64,000 nucleotides of DNA from Longimicrobiales bacterium (GCA_963422615.1 OY730414.1:1534302-1598301); one strand, 5' to 3'; shown: positions 48,613-58,387, counted from the first letter of the stretch. Numbers and translations are program-made. Notes: generated from the sequence alone by a model not told the origin.

Positions 48613-50163
48613 TTATGGATTTCTCAGGGGTGTCCCGACCACTGCTTCCAGGTCGGCGACGGCGTCATGGTAGGTGAAGATAGCGACGATGCGTTCCCGG
48701 TCTGCTCGGGCCTTGACGGTTTCGGCCTCCACTAAGTCAATAAAGTTGGAGAAACCTAGCCGATATCGTTCCTGGGCAAGGCGGAGCTGCTCGTCCGCCA
48801 AGTCCTGGTTCCGTTCTTCGATCTGGGCGCTCTCGTACGCTGTACGAACGACCGCGACCCGAGATTCGATGTCGGCCCGCAGCGCCAGCTCCTGCTCCCG
48901 AACCCGGAATCGATTGTCGCTGAGCTCGGCCCTGGCCGTTTCGAGTTCCCGCTGGCGGCTCAAGCCTTGAAACACGGGAATGGAGATGGATAGGGAAGCC
49001 GAGGGCGGCTGCCTGGTGAAGTCGAAGGGGAAGGCCTTGTTCTGGTTCCGAATCTGCTCTAGCGCCGAATTAGGCGTGGCCAAACGAGTGCAGTCCTGGG
49101 GCGGGAACGGGTCGGTCAGCCGGGCATTGATCTCGTTCTGGAACATGCACTGCTCAATACGAGCCTTACCGGCGGCCACGGCCTGGGCCTCCTGAATGGC
49201 GGTACTGCTCGCTTGGCGGGTGAAGCCGCTGAAGCCGGCGGAAAGGGAGATGCTGGGAAAGTAGCTTGAGCGGGCCATGCTCACACCGTAGCGAGCCGCC
49301 TCTTCCGTTGCCCGGAGCGCGTCTAGTCCGGGATTTCCACCGATGGCCAACTGGTACAGACTCTCTGCCGTCCATGACGGCTCGGTCACCGCAAAGGCCG
49401 TCTCCAAACCCGGTTCGGCGGCCAGTTCCACGCCCATCTGCTGCAGCAACCGGATTCGGGAATTGCGGACCCCGGTTCGGGATTGGAGCAACGTGATCTG
49501 GGCCCGTCCTGTGCCGACTTCCGCTTGGTGTACATCAATGGCGTTTCCGGATCCTACCTCCTGACGGCCCTGGGCCAAGCGGAGGTTGAAGCGGGATCGC
49601 TCGAGTTCCTGCTGGGCGAGGGTCAGCCCTTCCATCTGGCGCAGGACTTCGAGGTAGGCCTTGGTCACGTTGAGCCGGAGGGTGGCCTCCGAGATGCGCA
49701 CCTGGGCCTGGGTCGCCTCCCGGCTGCGCTTGGCCTGTCCTGGGGCCATCAGGGTCCGTCCGTCCATCGAGAAATTGAGCCCCGCGCTGTAGGAGCTGAG
49801 GTAGAATGACGGCTGATTTCCGAACCCCAGCTGTTCGGCGGTTATGCTTCCGAACCGTTGCTCTCCGGCTCCCTGCCAGGAAAAACTGGAGTTCACCGAA
49901 GAGGAGGGCAGCCAGGAGCCGTACGCGGATTTCACGTTCCAGTTCGCCACCGAAATGTCGTTTCTCGTCGCCTGCAGGGAGGGATTGTTGCGAAACGCGA
50001 TCTCGAGCGCCTCTTCGAGGGTGAGAGACGCGGGAATCCGTTCCTGCCCGTTGGCGGAGGACGGCGAACCGACCAGCAAGAACAGAACCGGCAGCACAAG
50101 CGTGCCTTTGGCCAGCGTCGGTTTCACGCGGCTGCGCGCGCCTGGTTTCGTCCGGTTTCGCAC
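48613..50163 (-). CDS. tolC: TolC family outer-membrane efflux protein
   Basis: AAGGAGG before GTG 50163; signal peptide, 'LTLEEALEIAFRNNPSL', 'AYLEVL', 'SIPVFQG', 'ERYRLG'. Confidence 0.92.
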   Translation of the reverse strand: MRNRTKPGARSRVKPTLAKGTLVLPVLFLLVGSPSSANGQERIPASLTLEEALEIAFRNNPSLQATRNDISVANWNVKSAYGSWLPSSSVNSSFSWQGAGEQRFGSITAEQLGFGNQPSFYLSSYSAGLNFSMDGRTLMAPGQAKRSREATQAQVRISEATLRLNVTKAYLEVLRQMEGLTLAQQELERSRFNLRLAQGRQEVGSGNAIDVHQAEVGTGRAQITLLQSRTGVRNSRIRLLQQMGVELAAEPGLETAFAVTEPSWTAESLYQLAIGGNPGLDALRATEEAARYGVSMARSSYFPSISLSAGFSGFTRQASSTAIQEAQAVAAGKARIEQCMFQNEINARLTDPFPPQDCTRLATPNSALEQIRNQNKAFPFDFTRQPPSASLSISIPVFQGLSRQRELETARAELSDNRFRVREQELALRADIESRVAVVRTAYESAQIEERNQDLADEQLRLAQERYRLGFSNFIDLVEAETVKARADRERIVAIFTYHDAVADLEAVVGTPLRNP

Positions 50164-50306
50164 CTGGACCTCCTTGAAATTTTCCTGATGGGGTGTAAGT
50201 GGGTGGAAGACTCGTGCCCCGTACACGGGGTTGGCCCGGCTAGCGTGAACGGGTCGCTTCCCAATACCGGGCGCTTTCCACCCATATGAGCAAGCCTGGC
50301 TCCCAT

Positions 50307-50331
50307 ACGACGGCGTTGCCGCTTCGGTTTC
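50307..50331 (-). promoter_or_regulatory. Putative ECF-sigma promoter for the tolC operon
   Basis: Minus strand GAAACC-N13-CGTCGT, same layout as the motif upstream of the ECF gene at 11623. Confidence 0.55.
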
Positions 50332-50363
50332 GGGTTCGGGGAACGCTACAGCGGACTCGGCGG

Positions 50364-51098
50364 TCAGCCGCCCGAAACTCGCTGGGCCACGAACCCCATG
50401 CCAGGAAGTTCCACGCGCACCAGTCGGCCGCTCCCGTCGAACCACGCCGACCGGGCGCGATCGCCCCCGCCGACAAGGACCCGCATTACCTCGACGGACT
50501 CACCGTCCACCTGGATTGTCTCGGGACGGATCTCCGCGCCCGCAACGGCCTCTTCCCGCTCGGACAGGGGTGCCACCGCGTGCAGGGTGCCCGCGTCCTC
50601 TCTCTCCAGAAGGAGACCGAGTACGAAGTAATGATGGGCGACGCCATCGTCGAAAATGGCCGTGGATGGACGGGCCCGGTACTCTCTCACCTCTTCGCCC
50701 CACGGGGCCACCGTCCGTACTTCGATCCGGCTGCCGGCGCGGAACAACCGAATGGCCAGCGTGTCGGTTCCGGAGATCACCGCTTCGTATCGGGTCAGGG
50801 CGAGGGATGGCCCCTGCACCGAAAGCAGGGTCGTCAGCCTACGACCGTCCCGCATGGTGACCGTCCCCTTGGCCAGGGTAATCTGGGCATCACCGGTCCC
50901 GCTCCTCTGAATGGTGAACGCCTCCGTGCCCGCTTCGATGCCCTCAATGACAAGCCGAAAGGTCCCGCGGTCCACGAGCTGGTGGCCGAGGACACCTTGG
51001 GAGGGGAGCGCGACCAGGGTAGCCGCAGCGATGGCCGCGAACCCGGTTTGCCGCAAGAGCCCGTATCGTGACGAAGGGAGCGAATGATCCATGTACAT
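50364..51098 (-). CDS. Hypothetical secreted beta-rich protein
   Basis: Signal-peptide-like 'GFAAIAAATLVALPSQG'; coherent coding composition; no family recognised; start uncertain (51098 or 51092). Confidence 0.7.
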   Translation of the reverse strand: MYMDHSLPSSRYGLLRQTGFAAIAAATLVALPSQGVLGHQLVDRGTFRLVIEGIEAGTEAFTIQRSGTGDAQITLAKGTVTMRDGRRLTTLLSVQGPSLALTRYEAVISGTDTLAIRLFRAGSRIEVRTVAPWGEEVREYRARPSTAIFDDGVAHHYFVLGLLLEREDAGTLHAVAPLSEREEAVAGAEIRPETIQVDGESVEVMRVLVGGGDRARSAWFDGSGRLVRVELPGMGFVAQRVSGG

Positions 51099-51187
51099 TG
51101 AATCATAATGGGAAAACGAAGGTGTGAGGTCGTCTCAATGGGCTCCGGTTGGCGATTGCCGTGGCCCGGTCGGAGGGTTCGGTCTTG

Positions 51188-54100
51188 ATGAAGCACCCCA
51201 GCGTCTCCGGGACAAAGCTGGACGGCGTCGGCCCGTGGGTGTGGATCGGCTGTTTCTGTCTGATCTTGTGGACCCGCTTCCCCTCACCGTGGATCCTGGC
51301 CATTGCGTCCGCCCTTGTCTTGGGGGCCGCGGTTCGGCGCCGGAGAAGCTGGCGGGACGGCATCTCGGTCGTCGTTTTGGCTGCCGGCGTTCTGGCAGGG
51401 TTTGCCGCTCAGGCCACTGACCGCCGCTTCATTGAGGGGTGGGAAGGCGCCTGGGAACGGAAACAGGAACGCATCGCCGGGCGCCTGGAAGCCGAGTTCG
51501 ACGCCCTGGTCAGCCGGGGCGACCTCGCGGTGCTACGAGTCTCCAAGGCGGCAAGCTCGAATCTCCCTCGATCGGTTCTCCAGGATTCGCTTCTGACCCT
51601 TCTTGAGGAATCGGGCTTGACGTCGGCCGCCGTGTTCGGCCCGGACGGGCGCCTGTCCGTGTGGGCGGGCAGCCACCACGGTCGAATTCCTGCCCAGGTG
51701 CTGAACGGATCCAGCCGCCACGCCTTCTCGGGCGCTCCCCTTTTCTCCTATCTGTACTTCGTCGCCAAGATTCCGGACGGGGGAGGAACGGCGGTCGTCA
51801 ATTCCCTGATGGACTCCGACCTTCCCGAACCCTTTGCCTCCGGTCTGGGAGACTTCGCGTCCCGCCTTCGAGAGCAGACGGGGGAACGGATCGGGATCGC
51901 CCCGGCGGACCGGGTGACCGGAACGCGAATCTTCGACTTCGGCTGGCCCGGCGAAACGTTGATGAGCGTAACCGTCGAGGAGTCCAGTCGGGCCGAGCGA
52001 CGAGGGAAGTACAGAAGGCTGTGGACTCGATTGGTCGTTGCCCTGGCCGCCCTGACCTGGCTGCTTCAGTTTGTCGGCACATCCAGGCGGGAACTGCCGT
52101 ATTCGCTGGCCGGTCCGACGCTTGCTGCGGCCGTGCTTCCCTTGGATGTGGTTCTGCCGGGGTCGGGGCTAGTAGGCTCAACGACGTTCCTTCTTCCCGG
52201 CCCGGTGCCGCTGTCTCTCGGTCGTATCCTTCTGCTGTGTTGGGCCGCCACGCCGTTCCTGGTCTTGGCGGCGTCCAGTCGGAATCCGGGCACCGGATGG
52301 GTTACCGCCCCTCTGGCGGTCGCCGTCGGCTTTCCCCTCGTGCTCCATTGGTTCAGGTCGGGTGCTTCCACCGAGCTCCTGGGCACCAGCGAGGGTCAGT
52401 GGATCGCCTTCACGTTTTCCCTTGTGACGATCCTGACCCTGCTCCTGGGGGCCGGGCTCAGCTGGAGTGGGCGGTTGAGGTCCCCGGGCATTCCCGCTCT
52501 GATCGTATTGGGAGTCGCCGCTGCCGCTTTCCTGGGGCTGGGGACCTCGGCTGGAATCCGGACCGGTCCCCACGTTTCGCTGGCTCGGGCGGCCCTTTGG
52601 GCGTTGCCGACGTTTCTGATCGTGCGCGGACTCCCCGCCGGTTCCCGCCGATTGTCGTACATTCGCTGGCTCTGCGCCTTTTGGCTGGCTGGGACCGCCG
52701 TTCTGCCCTTCACTTGGAGTATGCGCACCGAGGCCCGGATGGCCATTGCGGAAGCGCAGATGGGACGCCTCGGGATCGCCGACGAACCCTATCTCGATTC
52801 CCTTCTCTTTCGGTTCGCCGATCAGGCCGGTTCCCTGGACCTCGGGGGAGCCAACGATGTCGAAATCCTGTATCAGGCATGGATATCCAGCGGGCTCGCC
52901 GATGCCGCGGCTCCCGTCTTCCTCACCCTGTGGTCTTCGGACGGAGCTCCCCAACAGGAACTGAGACTTGGCGTGAAGGGCGAGCGCCCCTCCGTCGTCG
53001 GGGAGATGCTTCCTTCGCTCCAAATCGCAGGGGTCCGGCGTTACTACCGGTTGGAAGAGGTGGATGTCAGCCACCTCATCTTCTTTCCTCTCTCGGAAGG
53101 CCGCCTGGTCACGGCTACCATTCCGCCCCGCCGGACGATCACCCCGCCGTCTGCCATGGTGCCCCTCTTCGCCTTGGTGCAGGAGGTGGACGATCAGGAG
53201 TTTCTGACCCTGGCCCGGACCCAGGAGGACGTTTCGTCTCCTGGGGTGCGTTCCGTACAATGGAGCCGGAACGAAGAGGGATGGATGGGGGAAAGCGTGG
53301 TCCCGTACCCCGACGGACTCTACGCCGTATTCTACACCATCAGCATTCCCAAGCTCTCGGTCATGCTCGCCCGAGGCACCCTGTTGCTGGCCATGAGCTT
53401 GGTCGCCCTGTCGGCGTTTTGGCTCATGAGTGTTGGCGTCTTGGGGGGAGTCCTTCCTTCCTCTGTGGACTGGCGCGGGTTCTTCCAGTCATTTCGGGCT
53501 CGGGTGACTTGGACCCTGTTCGGCTTCTTCGTTCTGTCGAGCGCGCTCTTCGGCACGCTGGCCTATCGTACCCTTTCGGGGGCGTCGGAACGCACCGCCA
53601 CCGCCTTGGCGGAACGCGTGGTCGCCCAGATTGCGGAAGCGTATCAGGAAGAAGGCGGTTCAATGGAGTCCCTGGCCCGGCGAGTGGGCGCGGATCTTCT
53701 GGAATACCGCAACGGGGAGCTCGCCGGGGGTTCGGTCAACGAACTCGTTGAGCTTGGCTTGTATGAAACGTGGGTGGATCCGGCAATTTACGAAGCCCTG
53801 GAGACCCGCCATCAGCTCAGGGCGTCCAGAGTCGCAAGCCTGGGAGATTGGCGCTACGTCGTCGCCTACCGACGCCTCCCCGACGGGGACATCGTGGCCT
53901 CCCCGGTTCCCCTGCGGGCGGGCGCGGCGGCCCTGAGGAGGCGGGACGTGGCCGACCTTCTTGCCTTGGCCGTCGTGCTGGGTCCGGTCCTTTCCCTGGT
54001 CCTGGCGCTCTTCGTGGGCCGAGCCCTGACCCGGCCCATCGATACGCTTCAAGTCGCCTCCGAGCGGGTCGGGAGCGGGAACTTGGCTGTGCATTTGCCG

Positions 54101-55213
54101 GAAGACCGGGTGGACGAATTCGGCTCGGTCTTCGCGGCCTTCAACCGAATGGTGTTGCGGCTGGGGGATGCCCGGCGGGAACTCTTGCAGACGACGAGGC
54201 GCACCAAGGCGATCGTTGAAGAAGCGGCAACGGGAGTCATTGCCCTGGACCGGACCGGACGCATCACGGTGGCGAATCCCCAGGCGGAATCGTTGCTCGC
54301 TACCTCCCTGGAAGTTGGTGCGGCGATACCCGGGGCGAAGACGTGCGCAGACAAGCTGGCGGGATGGCTGGACGATATTGGAAAGAGCGGCGCGGTGGAG
54401 TCGGCCGCCGACTTCGAATGGGGTGACCGGAGGATCCGGGTGCGGGCGAGGCGAATTTCCCAGGAAGGCCATCCGGGAGGCGTAGTGGTGAATTTGGAGG
54501 ACGTAACGGACGAGTTGCGAAGCGAGCGGATCCTGGCGTGGGGCGAAATGGCCCAGCAAGTGGCCCACGAGGTGAAGAATCCGCTTACGCCCATGAAGTT
54601 GTCAGTCCAGCACCTGCTCCGGGCCTGGACGGACAGGCGGGGCGACTTCGATCGCATTCTGAAGCGAAACGTGGGAGCGATCCTCAAGGAGATCGATCGG
54701 CTGGCGTCCATAGCCCGGAGTTTCTCCCGCTTGGCGTCTCCGGGAACCGCTGGGGAAGAGGGTCCGGTGGTTTCTGTGGATGTGGCAACGGTGGTTCAGG
54801 AGATTCTGAATCTTTACCGGGGCGGCGGTAAGGGGCCCATTCGTCTGAAGAGCGACTTGCCGCCCGGGCCGGTCCTTGCCATGTGCCGCCGAGATGAAAT
54901 CAAGGAAGTTCTGCTCAACCTCCTTGAGAACGCTCGGGCGGCGATGTCCGAAGGAGGTGCCGTCCGAATCTGCGCAAGGAACGAGGGGGGGCCGGAGCCC
55001 CGGGTGGCGATTATGGTCGAAGATGAAGGAACGGGGATTCCTGCGGAACTCCTCCCGCGTATCTTTGAGCCCCAGTTCTCCACCTACTCCACCGGCACCG
55101 GCTTGGGGCTTGCCATTGTGAAGCGTTTGGTGGATTCCTGGGGTGGGTTCGTGGAGGTGGAAAGTGAGGTGGGTAGGGGAACGCGGGTTCGGCTCCGGTT
55201 GCGAACGGGGTAA
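51188..55213 (+). CDS. Very large multi-TM sensor histidine kinase (NtrY-like HAMP-PAS-HisKA-HATPase)
   Basis: HAMP 'LTRPIDTL...DEFGSV..AFNRM', PAS-like 'TGVIALD..GRI..ANPQA', H-box 'AHEVKNPLTP', N-box 'NLLENA', 'DEGTG', 'GTGLGL'. Confidence 0.93.
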   Translation: MKHPSVSGTKLDGVGPWVWIGCFCLILWTRFPSPWILAIASALVLGAAVRRRRSWRDGISVVVLAAGVLAGFAAQATDRRFIEGWEGAWERKQERIAGRLEAEFDALVSRGDLAVLRVSKAASSNLPRSVLQDSLLTLLEESGLTSAAVFGPDGRLSVWAGSHHGRIPAQVLNGSSRHAFSGAPLFSYLYFVAKIPDGGGTAVVNSLMDSDLPEPFASGLGDFASRLREQTGERIGIAPADRVTGTRIFDFGWPGETLMSVTVEESSRAERRGKYRRLWTRLVVALAALTWLLQFVGTSRRELPYSLAGPTLAAAVLPLDVVLPGSGLVGSTTFLLPGPVPLSLGRILLLCWAATPFLVLAASSRNPGTGWVTAPLAVAVGFPLVLHWFRSGASTELLGTSEGQWIAFTFSLVTILTLLLGAGLSWSGRLRSPGIPALIVLGVAAAAFLGLGTSAGIRTGPHVSLARAALWALPTFLIVRGLPAGSRRLSYIRWLCAFWLAGTAVLPFTWSMRTEARMAIAEAQMGRLGIADEPYLDSLLFRFADQAGSLDLGGANDVEILYQAWISSGLADAAAPVFLTLWSSDGAPQQELRLGVKGERPSVVGEMLPSLQIAGVRRYYRLEEVDVSHLIFFPLSEGRLVTATIPPRRTITPPSAMVPLFALVQEVDDQEFLTLARTQEDVSSPGVRSVQWSRNEEGWMGESVVPYPDGLYAVFYTISIPKLSVMLARGTLLLAMSLVALSAFWLMSVGVLGGVLPSSVDWRGFFQSFRARVTWTLFGFFVLSSALFGTLAYRTLSGASERTATALAERVVAQIAEAYQEEGGSMESLARRVGADLLEYRNGELAGGSVNELVELGLYETWVDPAIYEALETRHQLRASRVASLGDWRYVVAYRRLPDGDIVASPVPLRAGAAALRRRDVADLLALAVVLGPVLSLVLALFVGRALTRPIDTLQVASERVGSGNLAVHLPEDRVDEFGSVFAAFNRMVLRLGDARRELLQTTRRTKAIVEEAATGVIALDRTGRITVANPQAESLLATSLEVGAAIPGAKTCADKLAGWLDDIGKSGAVESAADFEWGDRRIRVRARRISQEGHPGGVVVNLEDVTDELRSERILAWGEMAQQVAHEVKNPLTPMKLSVQHLLRAWTDRRGDFDRILKRNVGAILKEIDRLASIARSFSRLASPGTAGEEGPVVSVDVATVVQEILNLYRGGGKGPIRLKSDLPPGPVLAMCRRDEIKEVLLNLLENARAAMSEGGAVRICARNEGGPEPRVAIMVEDEGTGIPAELLPRIFEPQFSTYSTGTGLGLAIVKRLVDSWGGFVEVESEVGRGTRVRLRLRTG

Positions 55214-55249
55214 CCCTATGGGACGGCAGGGCGGAAAGGTCTCGGAATA

Positions 55250-55277
55250 TTGCGATCCCCACGGCGGGCGTTATGAT
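55250..55277 (+). promoter_or_regulatory. Putative sigma70 promoter for the decarboxylase gene
   Basis: TTGCGA, 16 bp, TATGAT. Confidence 0.5.
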
Positions 55278-55313
55278 TCCCGCATGCGTACGATCTGGCC
55301 CGGCCTGGTGTAA

Positions 55314-56759
55314 GTGACCCCGTCCGCTCCTGGCGAAATGCCCCCTGCGGAGTTCCGGAAATGGGGCTACCGCTTCGTTGACTGGATGAGCCGCTATCTG
55401 GCGGAAGTGGAAGGGTACCCGGTGCTCTCCCGGGTGGAGCCCGGTGAAGTGCGGGCCGGGCTGGGGAGGGCAGCACCCCGGGCGGGGGAAGATGCAGCCG
55501 CGATCTTTCGGGACTTCCAGTCGGTGATCCTGCCGGGAATCACGCACTGGAACCATCCGTCTTTCTTCGGCTACTTCGCCACCTCGGGCTCCGGGCCCGG
55601 GATCCTGGGGGAGATGTTGGCGGCGGCCCTCAATGTGAATGCCATGGTGTGGAAGAGCTCCCCGGCGGCAACGGAGCTGGAGGAAGTGACCCTGGATTGG
55701 CTTCGCCAGTTCGTCGGCCTGCCTCCCGCCTATGTGGGCACGATCAACGATACGGCGTCAACGTCCACCTTCCATGCCCTGGCGGCTGCCCGGGAGCGGC
55801 ACCTTCCCGAAGCCAGGGACGAGGGGATGTCCGGAGCCCCTCCGGGTAGGGTGTACGCGACTTCGGAAACCCACGCGTCGGTGGCGAAGGCCGTGATCGC
55901 ACTTGGAATGGGCCGCCGGGGCTTGCGCTGCGTCGCCACAGGCCCGGAGCGCGGAATGGACCCGGCGGCGCTCCATCGCGCCATGGGCCGAGACACGGCT
56001 TCCGGCTATCGGCCCCTGGCGGTGGTGGCGACCGTCGGAACCACATCCACGACCGCGGTGGATCCCGTTGACGCGATTGCCGAAGTGGCGGAATCCAGGA
56101 ACGTGTGGCTCCACGTCGACGCGGCCTACGCCGGCGCTGCGGCTGGCCTTCCCGCCATGAGGCCCTACTTTCGGGGCTGGGAACGGGCGGATTCGATCGT
56201 CATCAACCCCCACAAGTGGCTGTTCACCCCCATGGACTGCTCCGCTCTCTACACCCGGGACCGGGAGGCCCTCCGCGCTGCTTTCTCCCTCACTCCCTCC
56301 TACCTGGAGACCGGAGAGAAGCAGGTGAACCACCTCATGGACCACGGCCTCGCCCTGGGCCGCCGCTTCCGCTCCCTGAAGCTGTGGTTCGTCATGCGAT
56401 ACTTCGGGGAGGCCGGCCTCCGGGCCCACCTGGCCCGCCATCTGGAGCTCGCGGAGGGCTTGGCCGCTGCCGCTACAGCGGCCCCCGGATGGGAGTGCTG
56501 GCGTCCGAACCCCTTCGCCCTCGTGGTGCTCCGATGTGCCCCCGAGGGGGCGGCTCCCCGGGAGCGGGATGGGCTCAACATGGCCATCATGGACCGGGTG
56601 AACCAAGGCGGTGCGGCCTTCCTGTCTCACACGGAGATCGACGGGGAGGTATGGCTTCGCTTCGCGATCGGGAACATCCGCACGACCGGGGAACATTTGG
56701 ACCGGGCCTGGGAAGCCCTTCAGCAGGCGGGAAGGGTTGTGGTCAGTTCACCACGGTAA
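55314..56759 (+). CDS. PLP-dependent group II (aromatic-L-amino-acid-like) decarboxylase
   Basis: 'PGITHWNHPSFFGYF', 'SPAATELE', 'HVDAAYAG', PLP-lysine motif 'NPHKWLF', 'LGRRFRSLKLWF'. Confidence 0.92.
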   Translation: MTPSAPGEMPPAEFRKWGYRFVDWMSRYLAEVEGYPVLSRVEPGEVRAGLGRAAPRAGEDAAAIFRDFQSVILPGITHWNHPSFFGYFATSGSGPGILGEMLAAALNVNAMVWKSSPAATELEEVTLDWLRQFVGLPPAYVGTINDTASTSTFHALAAARERHLPEARDEGMSGAPPGRVYATSETHASVAKAVIALGMGRRGLRCVATGPERGMDPAALHRAMGRDTASGYRPLAVVATVGTTSTTAVDPVDAIAEVAESRNVWLHVDAAYAGAAAGLPAMRPYFRGWERADSIVINPHKWLFTPMDCSALYTRDREALRAAFSLTPSYLETGEKQVNHLMDHGLALGRRFRSLKLWFVMRYFGEAGLRAHLARHLELAEGLAAAATAAPGWECWRPNPFALVVLRCAPEGAAPRERDGLNMAIMDRVNQGGAAFLSHTEIDGEVWLRFAIGNIRTTGEHLDRAWEALQQAGRVVVSSPR

Positions 56760-58383
56760 CGGCTTCCGCCAGGACCAGGGCGGACCCCGCGGCCATCTCC
56801 CGGTAGTAGCCGACGAACCTCCGGGTTTCGACGGCGTCGTACGCTGCCAAATTCTCGGCCCACCTGTAGGCGATGGGCTGAAAGAGAAGCTCGATTTCTA
56901 CGGTAAACGGGCCCGCATCCGGGTCCACGGCCACCGAGTAGCGGATCCGGTCGCTCCCGGGCCGGAAGTCGTCGTCCAAGAGAGCGGATCCCTGAACGGC
57001 GGCCCGGCTTCCAGCGGCCGCAGCGTCGAAGCCCACCGGAAGAATCCGATTGTCCTTCACCCACTGCTCCGCAGAGGTCAGGCCGGTGGTGACCCCTAAG
57101 CCGTCCGTCATGACCGCTTGGTAGACCTGAACCTGATCCGGCGAACGAATCTCCTCGTAGTGGCGCTCGTATCTCGATCCATCCTCGTCGTGGTCGTCCC
57201 CGACGACTCGGCCACTGGGCAAAAAAGCCCCCGATTCGAATACCGGGCGGTCGGCTCCGTCGGTAACCGCCACGTGTAGCCATGCCCGTCGGGACGGATA
57301 GCCCGTCGGGAACTTGTGGCCGGCTAGATTGCGCACTTCCGCTTCCACGAACACCCGACCGTCCCGGATGGCGGCACTGGATACTTCGACGGTAGCCGTG
57401 GCGTTCCTCAGATGTTCTTCCGTGCGCTCCGCCGCCAGCTCCAGCTCCGCAGGCAACGCGGCCACGCCCAACTCCTCCCGATACCGGTTCAGCATGCGGA
57501 GCATGAAGAAGTTCCCGCCCCGGAAAACGTGTCTGGACACGGCGGGCCTGGGACGTCCCAGCACTAGGGTCACCGGAACGTCCGCTCCAGCCTCCGGCAT
57601 GTGGCAGTCCTGGCAGGTCCGGTTTTCCCGGTAGGCGCTCGCCTGCCACTCCAGGTAGGGAACCTGTTCGGGAAACTCCGGTCCCTGGGTGCCGTCGGGA
57701 CGAAGAGCGTGGGTGAAGAGGGTGTGACAAGAGGCGCACAGCCCGGACGACTGGACATGTGCCGCCTCCTCCGGCCGAAATCCCGTCGCCGAGTGCATGA
57801 TCCCTGCGCCTCCGGCGTCGGGTTCGAAGGGACCGAACACCGGGCGGCCTGGGCTCTCGTCAATGCGGAATCCCCCCGAATAGCTGTCTTCCGTCTCCAA
57901 GCCTTCGGGGGAGATCCGGTGACAGACCGTACAGGATACGCCGTCGGCCGCCAGGGCTGCTTCGCCTTCGGCTGCCTCCGAAATCGGCAAGTTGGCAAAC
58001 ACCAAGCCGACCTGGCTGTCGGACCCAGGGTTTGGGCTTGCCATGGGCATATGGCAACGGGCGCACTGGGCCTGGATGGCCGCCGAAGCTTCTGGATGGT
58101 CCATCACCTCCCGTCGCACGGCGGCTTGCCAGTACGGGTCCCGGGCGCTGTTCGCCATCATCGAAGCCCGCCAATCGTGCCCGATGGACGTGTCGGTCCC
58201 GTCCGGGGTGCTCACCCCCCTGTGGCAGGCGATGCACCGGTCCGAGGTGGCGAACGGGCCGTCTTCGGGTTCGTCCGTCCAAGCAAGCCCCCCCGCAGCG
58301 TCAAGGGGTCCCGTTCGGCTTGTCGCGGCCAGCACGAAGCCGGCCGCAATGGCGATGGGGAAAACGACGGTCGCGCGGTTCAT
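56743..58383 (-). CDS. Secreted pentaheme c-type cytochrome
   Basis: N-terminal hydrophobic signal; five CxxCH motifs (CIACH, CARCH, CTVCH, CASCH, CQDCH); heme-free C-terminal domain with 'HVFRGGN' and 'GHKFPTG'. Confidence 0.9.
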   Translation of the reverse strand: MNRATVVFPIAIAAGFVLAATSRTGPLDAAGGLAWTDEPEDGPFATSDRCIACHRGVSTPDGTDTSIGHDWRASMMANSARDPYWQAAVRREVMDHPEASAAIQAQCARCHMPMASPNPGSDSQVGLVFANLPISEAAEGEAALAADGVSCTVCHRISPEGLETEDSYSGGFRIDESPGRPVFGPFEPDAGGAGIMHSATGFRPEEAAHVQSSGLCASCHTLFTHALRPDGTQGPEFPEQVPYLEWQASAYRENRTCQDCHMPEAGADVPVTLVLGRPRPAVSRHVFRGGNFFMLRMLNRYREELGVAALPAELELAAERTEEHLRNATATVEVSSAAIRDGRVFVEAEVRNLAGHKFPTGYPSRRAWLHVAVTDGADRPVFESGAFLPSGRVVGDDHDEDGSRYERHYEEIRSPDQVQVYQAVMTDGLGVTTGLTSAEQWVKDNRILPVGFDAAAAGSRAAVQGSALLDDDFRPGSDRIRYSVAVDPDAGPFTVEIELLFQPIAYRWAENLAAYDAVETRRFVGYYREMAAGSALVLAEAVTVVN

Positions 58384-58387
58384 GAGG

